Below are positions 34,526 through 40,777 of a stretch of 40,777 nt of DNA, one piece after another (the stretch's first letter is position 1; every line of letters starts with the position of its first letter). This DNA comes from an uncultured Enterobacteriaceae bacterium (GTDB lineage Bacteria > Pseudomonadota > Gammaproteobacteria > Burkholderiales > SG8-39). The notes under the pieces were generated by a model. The model was not told the DNA's origin. It did not search any database and saw only the letters and a program-made list of their open reading frames with translations. A program made the translations under genes and the position numbers. The stretch is taken from contig CAYOVM010000003.1 in NCBI GenBank assembly GCA_964407355.1, positions 1 through 40,777 of the forward strand, given 5' to 3'.

Positions 34526-34555
34526 ATTGACGCCGAAGATCGCGCTCGCCTAGCA
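34526..34555 (+). promoter_or_regulatory. Putative sigma70 promoter TTGACG-N18-TAGCAT for the beta-propeller gene
   Basis: TTGACG is at 34526-34531 and TAGCAT at 34550-34555. SD GGGAGGAG lies upstream of ATG 34585. Confidence 0.3.
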
Positions 34556-34584
34556 TCCGCGATCATTTCCGGGAGGAGAGTTCC

Positions 34585-35997
34585 ATGAGATTTCCGTCAC
34601 TGCTCGTGAGCGGCGCGCTGCTGCTGTGCTTCGCTCGCGAAGCGCTTTGCGATACGTACATCCTCGCGACCGGCCGGCGCGATCCGCGCATGTACGCGAT
34701 CGACCTGAAGAAGGCGCTGCGCCCCGAGAACAACAACACGCCGAATGCGATCGTCAGCCGCTCCAAGGTCGCGCTCGACCGTCTCGACGGCAAGCTGCTC
34801 GGCGATTCGGCGAACATCGTGATCAGCGAGGACCGCAGGACCGCCTACGTGATCAACCACCACGGCGCCATCGACAACGACGAGTTCGTGCAGCACGGCG
34901 GGCGCGGCAACATCGCGGTGATGAGCATCAGGAAGATGATCAAGCCCAGGCACGACAATACCGCCGACGCGCTGGAGCGCCACATCGACAGCGGCCACTT
35001 CGGCTCGGTCGGGCTCGTGCTCCTCAAGGATCTCTTCATCCTCGGCAATGCCGAGAGCCATCTGACCGAGGACGGCGGCAATCGCATTACTTTCGTCGAC
35101 CGCCACACCGGCAGCCTGCGCGGCGAAGTGGAGCTCGCGCTGGGCCGCGCCGATCCCGGCTTCGCCTGCGCCGAGGCCTTCAAGGTTCCTTTCGTGTCGC
35201 CCAGCGGCCCGCCGACGTTTCCCAACGGGCCCGTCGTCACGCCTCCCCCGCGAGCCAACAACGCGATCTCGCCGGTGCCGCTGCTTTCCCCGGACCCGGC
35301 CTGGGGCTGCTTCCCGAACACCAACGGCCTCGCGCTCGGCCGCGCCAGCAGCGGCAAGGCCTACCTGTTCGCGGCGAACGGCGGCACGGACGATGTTTCG
35401 GTGATCGATCTCGATTCCGCGCTCAGGGGCAACCGCCGGGCGGAAATCGGGCGCGTCCCGACGCAGATCGGACCGTGGGGCATCGCGGCCAGCCCCAACG
35501 GCCGCTACATCGTGGCGGCGAACCGCGAAAGCCAGCGGGTCGCGTTCGAAGGAAACACCATCTCGATCATCGACGTCGAGAACCCGACGGCCGAGGCGGC
35601 GCGGGTGCGGGTCGGCACCGACGATCCCGCCGGCCAGACGCGGCCGTTCATTCCCTCCTTCACGCCCGACGGGAAGGAGATCGTCGTGCCGAATTTCCGC
35701 TCGAACAACCTGTCGATCGTCGATCTGCGGCTCGCGCTCGCCGATCCGGCCAAGGCGGAGGTCGCGCGCATCGCGCTTACCCGGCCCGATGGACGGGCCG
35801 CGCGCCCGAAAGGCTCCGCGGTCACCTCCGACGGCCGCTACGCCGCGATTTCAGGCGGCGCGCGGGTGACCCCCTCCGCCCCCAGCGGGACCGTGTGGAT
35901 CGTCGACCTGAAAACCCGCCAGGTGGTCGCCACGGTGACCGGCGTCGGCAACGATCCCTATGGGCTGGCCATCGTGGAGGTCGACGACCGGGATTAG
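34585..35997 (+). CDS. Secreted YVTN/YncE-like beta-propeller repeat protein
   Basis: Signal peptide MRFPSLLVSGALLLCFAREALC. C-terminal repeats are PWGIAASPNGRYIVAAN..ISIIDV, FTPDGKEIVVPNFRSNNLSIVDL, VTSDGRYAAISGG..VWIVDL and NDPYGLAI. There is a central Pro-rich segment. Confidence 0.65.
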   Translation: MRFPSLLVSGALLLCFAREALCDTYILATGRRDPRMYAIDLKKALRPENNNTPNAIVSRSKVALDRLDGKLLGDSANIVISEDRRTAYVINHHGAIDNDEFVQHGGRGNIAVMSIRKMIKPRHDNTADALERHIDSGHFGSVGLVLLKDLFILGNAESHLTEDGGNRITFVDRHTGSLRGEVELALGRADPGFACAEAFKVPFVSPSGPPTFPNGPVVTPPPRANNAISPVPLLSPDPAWGCFPNTNGLALGRASSGKAYLFAANGGTDDVSVIDLDSALRGNRRAEIGRVPTQIGPWGIAASPNGRYIVAANRESQRVAFEGNTISIIDVENPTAEAARVRVGTDDPAGQTRPFIPSFTPDGKEIVVPNFRSNNLSIVDLRLALADPAKAEVARIALTRPDGRAARPKGSAVTSDGRYAAISGGARVTPSAPSGTVWIVDLKTRQVVATVTGVGNDPYGLAIVEVDDRD

Positions 35998-36020
35998 CCC
36001 GTAACGATCGGTGTCCTTTC

Positions 36021-37544
36021 CTAGCGCTCGTGGCCGAACTGCGCGGCCGCGAGCGCCTTCCTCTGGCGCCAGCCGCGCCAGAGCGGCAGGAGAAGGGAAA
36101 GCGCGAGCAGCCCCCACAGCGTGTTCGCGAGCGGCGAGGAGAAGAGGATCGCGAAGTCGCCCTCGGAGAGGCGCAGCGCGCGCACCAGGTACTGCTCGAA
36201 GAGCGGCCCGAGGATGATGCCGATCAGGATCGCGGTCACATGGTAGTTCGTCTTGTGCGCGACGTACCCGATGACGCCGAAGACCAGCGCGAGCCCCATG
36301 TCGAACGCGTACTGGCGCTCGCCGAAGGCCGCCACGATCGTAACCAGGACGATGATCGGCGCGAGGTACGTGGTCTCGATCAGCACGATCCGCGACATGT
36401 AGCGCGCGAGGGGCAGGATGGTGAAGATCATGAAGATGTACGCCACCGCCATGGAGACGAAGACGCCGTAGGCGACCTCGGGATTACTGCCGAACAGGCG
36501 CGGCCCCATCACCATGCCGTGGTACTGCAGCACGATCATCATCACCGCCGCGGTGCTGCCGCCCGGGACCCCGAGGGCGAGCGTCGGCACCAGCGTGCCC
36601 GAGGTGACGCCGTTGTTCGCCGATTCCGGGGCGATCACGCCTTCCGGGATCCCCGTGCCGTAAAGCTCCGGGTGCTTCGACCAAAGCCGCGACTGCTGGT
36701 AGGCGACGAACGAGGCGATGCTCGCCCCCGCGCCGGGCACGATGCCGATGAAAAGACCCACGAAGGCCGTCCAGACGATCTGCCACCAGTGCTTCACCGT
36801 CAGGCGCAGGCCGTCGACGATGCCCGCCCATTGCGCGCTCACCGCCTTCCCCTGGCCCTCCTTGCCGACGATCATCTTCTCCTCGAGCATCACCAGCGCT
36901 TCCGAGATGGCGAACAGGCCGATCAGCGCCGGCACGAGCGGCACGCCATCGTAGAGCTCGAGGAAGCCGAAGGTGGCGCGCGGCGCGTTGTAGATGTGGT
37001 CGGTGCCGATGACGCCGATCAGCAGGCCGAAGAAGCCCGCGATCATGCCTTTCAGGAAATCCTTCGCCGCGATCACCGCGATCAGCGTCAGGCCGAAGAG
37101 CATGACCACCACCATTTCGACGGAGCGAAGGTAGAGTCCGATTTGCGACAGCCACGGCAGCAGCGCAAGGGTCGCGAGTGTCGTGATGAGGCCGCCGAAG
37201 ACCGAGGCGGTAAAGCACAGCACCAGCGCCTGCTGCGCCTGGCCTTTCTGCGTCATGGGATAGCCGTCGAGCGTCGTGGCGGCCGCGCCGCCCGAGCCGG
37301 GGATCTTCACCAGGATCGCCGGGATGCCGCCGGCGAGGTGGTTGGCGCAGTAGAGCGCGATCATGAACGCGAGGGCGACCTCGACTTTCACCGCGAGGGT
37401 GAGCGGCAGCAGCATGATGAGGGTGTTCTGCGGGCTGAACCCGGGGAGGATGCCGACCACGATGCCGAGCAGGATCGCCGGCCAGATCACCCACCACAGG
37501 CCGAACTGGGTCGCGAACTGGCCGAGCAGGAAGTCCCAGGTCAT
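36021..37544 (-). CDS. tctA: Tripartite tricarboxylate transporter large permease TctA (second copy)
   Basis: 507 aa from ATG 37544 (MTWDFLLGQFATQFG...). TctA motifs are GILPGFSPQNTLIMLLP and GIVPGAGASIASFVAY. The start overlaps the tctB stop (ATGA). Confidence 0.9.
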   Translation of the reverse strand: MTWDFLLGQFATQFGLWWVIWPAILLGIVVGILPGFSPQNTLIMLLPLTLAVKVEVALAFMIALYCANHLAGGIPAILVKIPGSGGAAATTLDGYPMTQKGQAQQALVLCFTASVFGGLITTLATLALLPWLSQIGLYLRSVEMVVVMLFGLTLIAVIAAKDFLKGMIAGFFGLLIGVIGTDHIYNAPRATFGFLELYDGVPLVPALIGLFAISEALVMLEEKMIVGKEGQGKAVSAQWAGIVDGLRLTVKHWWQIVWTAFVGLFIGIVPGAGASIASFVAYQQSRLWSKHPELYGTGIPEGVIAPESANNGVTSGTLVPTLALGVPGGSTAAVMMIVLQYHGMVMGPRLFGSNPEVAYGVFVSMAVAYIFMIFTILPLARYMSRIVLIETTYLAPIIVLVTIVAAFGERQYAFDMGLALVFGVIGYVAHKTNYHVTAILIGIILGPLFEQYLVRALRLSEGDFAILFSSPLANTLWGLLALSLLLPLWRGWRQRKALAAAQFGHER

Positions 37545-38047
37545 CGCGAGAGCGCCCCGGCCAGGGCCGCGATCAGGTCCTCGAGCGGCCCGTGCGGGAA
37601 ATCGGAATTGAGGGCGGCGATGAACAGCAGGTAGGCGCATGCGGCCACCGCTAGCGGCACCCAGAAAAGGTGCGCGCGCCTGCGCAGGCCCATCAGGTAC
37701 AGCGCGGCCGCGAGGCCGAGGAAAAGCGACAGCGTCAGCCCGAGCCACGGCATCGCGGCTATGAAGGCCACGGTGAGCAGCACCAGGCCGATCCGCTTGC
37801 CCAGCGCTTCGCGCGGCTCGACCAGGGGAGCGAGGCTCAGATCGGCCTTGCCCTTCGCGATGCGTGCCGCGATGCGCGCCGCCTGGATCGCGACCAGGAA
37901 GACGAGCACCGCGCCGATCAGGACGCCGTTCGCCTTCGCCTCCCACGCGAGCTCCGCGATCGAGAAGAAGAAGTACAGCGCGAACCCGAGCGCGAGCGCC
38001 GGGATGACCAGATCGGCGCCGAGCGCCTCCTTCTTCCCGGCCGTCAG
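37541..38047 (-). CDS. tctB: TctB-family small membrane protein (second copy); probable CTG start
   Basis: 4-TM ORF between tctC and tctA. No ATG/GTG/TTG lies in frame upstream of the first TM helix (ADLVIPALALGFALYFFF). CTG 38045-38047 overlaps the tctC stop (CTGA) and lies 7 nt after GAGGG. Confidence 0.6.
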   Translation of the reverse strand: MTAGKKEALGADLVIPALALGFALYFFFSIAELAWEAKANGVLIGAVLVFLVAIQAARIAARIAKGKADLSLAPLVEPREALGKRIGLVLLTVAFIAAMPWLGLTLSLFLGLAAALYLMGLRRRAHLFWVPLAVAACAYLLFIAALNSDFPHGPLEDLIAALAGALSR

Positions 38048-39051
38048 CGCTTTTCCCTCGCGGTGAGGAGCGAGCGGTACTCGTACGCGAGCTCGATCAT
38101 GTCCTGCGCGTACTTCGTGCAGAGCGCCCGGTCGCCGTACTGCAGGGTCTCCACCGGCGCGCCGGTCTTCGCGTAGCCCTCCCTGTACTTGGGATCCTCG
38201 AACACCTGCTTCGCGGTCTTCTCCAGCAGGGCGAAGCGCTCCGGAAACTTGTTTATCACCTCGGTATGCACCGCCCAGGCGCGGGAGGAATAAAGCGCCG
38301 GCAGCCGTGTGCCGAACACCTTGTTGATCGGTGGCGCGTCGTGCGTGTAGCGCGCAAGCTTGTTCTCGTCGTTGAAGACGCCGAGGACGCGCACCTGCTC
38401 GCCCAAGGCGACGATTCCCGCGACCGGCTGCGACCCGCAATCCGCCTCGCCGTTCAGGACCGCGACCATCGTCGGGTTGCCGCCGCCGTAGGGCACCAGG
38501 TTGAACTTCGCGTTGGTTGCCCGCCCGAGCGCAAGCGCGCCGAGCGAGGCCGGGTGCGGCAGCCGCGTCACGGCGACGTTGACGGTTTTCTTCCGCGCCG
38601 CATCAACCACGTCCTCGATACGCCGGAACGGGCTCTTCTGGCGCACGAAGATCACGCTGTCGTCGACATCCAGCCGGCAGAAATACTGGTAATCCTGCGG
38701 AAAGCGGTACGCGGGCTTCTGCATCACGTACATGATCATCTCCGGGCCCATGTTGCCGAACAGGAGGTTGTGGCCGTCCTTGTCGCGCTTGTTGAGATAG
38801 ACCTCGTAGCCCACCTGCCCGGCCGCGCCCGGGAAGAAGTTGTACTCGAACTGGGTCTTCAGCAGCGGCGCCCAGTAATCGTCAAACACGCGCGCGAGCC
38901 GGTCGGCGCCCCCGCCCTGTGCGGTCGGGACGACCACGCGCATGGTCTTCGATGGAAATGCCTGCGCGCGCGCCCGCGTCAGCGGACCGAGCGCCATTGC
39001 GCCCGCCGCGCCCGCGAGCAGGCGCCGGCGCGAAATGCTGGCTGTTGTCAT
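38044..39051 (-). CDS. tctC: TctC/Bug-family substrate-binding protein with a twin-arginine signal peptide
   Basis: MTTASISRRRLLAGAAGAMALGPLTRARAQAFPSKTMRVVVPTAQGGGADRLAR. ATG 39051 is preceded by GGAGGAGGAGG. 335 aa. Confidence 0.85.
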   Translation of the reverse strand: MTTASISRRRLLAGAAGAMALGPLTRARAQAFPSKTMRVVVPTAQGGGADRLARVFDDYWAPLLKTQFEYNFFPGAAGQVGYEVYLNKRDKDGHNLLFGNMGPEMIMYVMQKPAYRFPQDYQYFCRLDVDDSVIFVRQKSPFRRIEDVVDAARKKTVNVAVTRLPHPASLGALALGRATNAKFNLVPYGGGNPTMVAVLNGEADCGSQPVAGIVALGEQVRVLGVFNDENKLARYTHDAPPINKVFGTRLPALYSSRAWAVHTEVINKFPERFALLEKTAKQVFEDPKYREGYAKTGAPVETLQYGDRALCTKYAQDMIELAYEYRSLLTAREKR

Positions 39052-39160
39052 CCTCCTCCTCCATTTGGGTGCGCTCGAGCTCCGGCGATCGAACCGCAAG
39101 AGCGTCCGGGCCCGATTGTGCTTATTATCCTAAAGTTTCCGCCGCCAACAGAAGGCAACC

Positions 39161-39592
39161 ATGAAACGCACGCTGTTCTCCGTCCTTGCCGCGATCGCCG
39201 CCTCCGGCTGCGCCGAGCAGGTGGTCCTCGAGAAGCTGCCGCCCGCCGACCCCGCGACCGCGGGCGAGGTCGTGATGATCCGCACCACCGCCTTCATCGG
39301 CGACGACATCGTCTACGTCATCAACGTCGACAAGAAAGATGTCGCCGAGCTCGGCGCCCGCCAATCCCAGCGGTTCATGCTGCCTGCCGGGGAGCATCGC
39401 ATCGCGATCCGCTGTCCCGGCGCTCTTTCGGGCTGGAGCGAGACCGCCATCACGCACGGCGTGGTCGCGGGGAAGACCGCCTACCTGGCGATTGCGCCGA
39501 AGCACGCATGCGCCAGCGTCGATCCAGTGCCCGAGAGCGAGGCCAAGAAACTGCTGGCGAACACGGCGGGGCCCAGGCCTGGGTGGCATTAG
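39161..39592 (+). CDS. Lipoprotein, DUF2846-like
   Basis: Signal peptide with a lipobox (LAAIAASGC). 143 aa. The GEHRIAIRC-type beta-rich body resembles DUF2846. SD is AGAAGG. Confidence 0.6.
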   Translation: MKRTLFSVLAAIAASGCAEQVVLEKLPPADPATAGEVVMIRTTAFIGDDIVYVINVDKKDVAELGARQSQRFMLPAGEHRIAIRCPGALSGWSETAITHGVVAGKTAYLAIAPKHACASVDPVPESEAKKLLANTAGPRPGWH

Positions 39593-39617
39593 GAGAAGCG
39601 GCTCGGCAAGCAGCGCG

Positions 39618-39647
39618 GCGTTGCGTTTGCGCAAATTGCCGCAACGC
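39618..39647 (+). other. Compound inverted repeat after the lipoprotein gene and just upstream of the porin promoter
   Basis: GCGTTGCG (39618-39625) pairs with CGCAACGC (39640-39647). The loop contains the palindrome TTTGCGCAAA (39626-39635). There is no T-tract. Confidence 0.3.
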
Positions 39648-39650
39648 GCC

Positions 39651-39679
39651 TTGACAGACCTTTTGCCCGCTTGTACCGT
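39651..39679 (+). promoter_or_regulatory. Putative promoter TTGACA-N17-TACCGT for the porin gene
   Basis: A perfect -35 is at 39651-39656 and a TAnnnT -10 at 39674-39679. This would give a leader of about 125-130 nt before ATG 39813. Confidence 0.35.
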
Positions 39680-39812
39680 TTCCTGCGGCTGTTCCATATC
39701 CGGATCGCAGTTCCGAATGGAGGAACGTCCAGGAAGAAAATGAGGAGGCAGGAGGCGGACCGCTCTACATGGCGGACGCGACCAACGCATAACCGCTCAA
39801 GTGGAGGGGCAA

Positions 39813-40777
39813 ATGAAGAAAAAGGCAATCGCACTCGCCGTCGGCGCCATGTGTGTGGCACCCGCGGCGCACAGCCAGATCACGTTCGGCAACGAGACGA
39901 TCGGCACCGTGCAGTTCTACGGCAAGCTTTACCCGCAATACATGTGGGCGACAAGCAAGGGAGCCACGCAACCCGGCGCTACGGTTTCCACCATGGTCGC
40001 CACGTCCGGCACATTGGGAGGCACCGCGGCGATCGAGACGCCCGGTTCACGCCTGGCGGTCGATTCGCAGAACACGTACCTCGGCTTCCGCGGCGAGCGC
40101 AACCTGGGCAGCTCGGGCTTCAAGGGCATCTGGCAGGTCGAGCAGTCGGTCGGCATCGACGGCGTGGGCACCAACGGCTTCTCGAACCGCAACTCGTTCC
40201 TCGGGCTGTCGCACCGTCACGGCACGGTCAAGCTCGGCAACATGGACACGATCTACAAGGAGTACGGCGACACGTTGGGGATGTTCGGCGTCTCCAGCGG
40301 CAACTTCACTTCGGCGAGCAACGTGCTGTCGGCCATCGGCCTGGGCAACAACAACGTGGCGCGGTTCCACGAGCGCCAGCCGAATTCCGTGCAGTTCGAG
40401 ACCGGTGAATATGCCGGCGTCAAGGCAGGGTTCCAGTACTCTCCCGACGAGACGAAGGGCGATGTCGGCAATAACTTGAACGCAAATCTGTTCTCGTACG
40501 GCGTCAAGTGGAATAGCGGCCCGGTCTACCTGTCGGCTCAGTACGAGTTGCACAACGACCGGTTCGGCGGCTCGGCCAATTCGGTGGCGGCGATCAGTAA
40601 CATTGGGACCGCCGGCGCGCACTCGAAGGACACGGCCACGCGCCTCACCGGCGAATTCCGGTTCGGCAACCACCGCATCGTGGGCGATATCGCAATGCTC
40701 AAGTACCAGGAAAGCGGCCAGACCGCCGGCGCCGTCAGGTTCAACGAGTACAAGAAGACGAACTGGGACATCGGCTG
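39813..40777 (+). CDS. Gram-negative general porin (OmpC/Burkholderia-type, Porin_4-like); 3' end outside the window
   Basis: My own translation; it is absent from the track because no stop occurs in the window. SD GGAGGGG precedes it. The signal peptide is MKKKAIALAVGAMCVAPAAHSQ. Beta-strand pattern: ITFGNETIGTVQFYGKLY, SQNTYLGFRGERNLG, NSFLGLSHRHGTVKLGN, GVKAGFQYS, LFSYGVKW, PVYLSAQYE. Confidence 0.85.
   Translation, partial: MKKKAIALAVGAMCVAPAAHSQITFGNETIGTVQFYGKLYPQYMWATSKGATQPGATVSTMVATSGTLGGTAAIETPGSRLAVDSQNTYLGFRGERNLGSSGFKGIWQVEQSVGIDGVGTNGFSNRNSFLGLSHRHGTVKLGNMDTIYKEYGDTLGMFGVSSGNFTSASNVLSAIGLGNNNVARFHERQPNSVQFETGEYAGVKAGFQYSPDETKGDVGNNLNANLFSYGVKWNSGPVYLSAQYELHNDRFGGSANSVAAISNIGTAGAHSKDTATRLTGEFRFGNHRIVGDIAMLKYQESGQTAGAVRFNEYKKTNWDIG

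Noticed and set aside
34626-37634. 1002-aa plus-strand ORF, the longest in the window.
   Set aside because: It is off-frame over the beta-propeller gene and antisense to tctA. Composition is dominated by Arg/Gly/Asp/Glu/His, and it has no domains.
38266-39654. 462-aa plus-strand ORF antisense to the Tat-signal TctC gene.
   Set aside because: It has shadow-ORF composition. It also conflicts with the well-supported minus-strand TctC and the plus-strand lipoprotein gene.
1-40777. Search for CRISPR arrays, IS/transposase or integrase genes, tRNA/rRNA genes, prophage or known defence modules, and long direct repeats.
   Set aside because: Reading through, I saw none. Intergenic spacers are short (mostly under 110 nt; the longest is 220 nt) and none has tRNA-like or repeat-spacer structure. 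This was a visual scan, not a computed search, so short or degenerate elements could have been missed.

Overview
High-GC (roughly two-thirds G+C) chromosomal segment whose gene content looks betaproteobacterial, Burkholderiales-like. It carries five Bug/TctC-family binding proteins and two TctAB membrane units. In order the window holds: (1) the 3' end of an aerobic CODH/xanthine-dehydrogenase-type large subunit with coxG/coxD/coxE accessory genes and an XdhC-type factor that has a C-terminal YHS metal-binding domain; (2) an MFS transporter, yciB, a BolA-family gene, a parvulin PPIase, a small basic DUF6496-like ORF, a macrodomain gene and an exported MsrA; (3) a complete minus-strand housekeeping block, trmJ-cysE-iscR-iscS-iscU-iscA-hscB-hscA-fdx-iscX, with suhB divergent; (4) about 22 kb of accessory transport and catabolism genes. 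This last part includes a SulP/STAS transporter, a flavin reductase, two secreted beta-propeller proteins and orphan Bug proteins. It also includes a tightly packed 8-gene minus-strand operon (SDR, MmgE/PrpD, VOC, TctB, TctA, TctC, NMT1-type SBP, Bug). After that come a membrane GGDEF cyclase, an SBP plus isochorismatase-like pair, a second TctCBA set, a lipoprotein and a 3'-truncated porin. I found no tRNA/rRNA, CRISPR array, IS/transposase, integrase, prophage or recognisable defence genes, and no clear-cut novel multi-gene system. The best leads are: a dnaX-type A_AAA_AAG slippery heptamer that could fuse the small basic ORF to a macrodomain lacking a canonical start; the XdhC-YHS fusion with a downstream Met/His/Cys-rich membrane protein; the PrpD/VOC/atypical-SDR/TTT operon of unknown substrate; and several consensus -10 boxes placed so close to start codons that leaderless mRNAs are likely. 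Many long Arg/Ala/Gly/Pro-rich ORFs in the track are off-frame shadows of real genes and were rejected.
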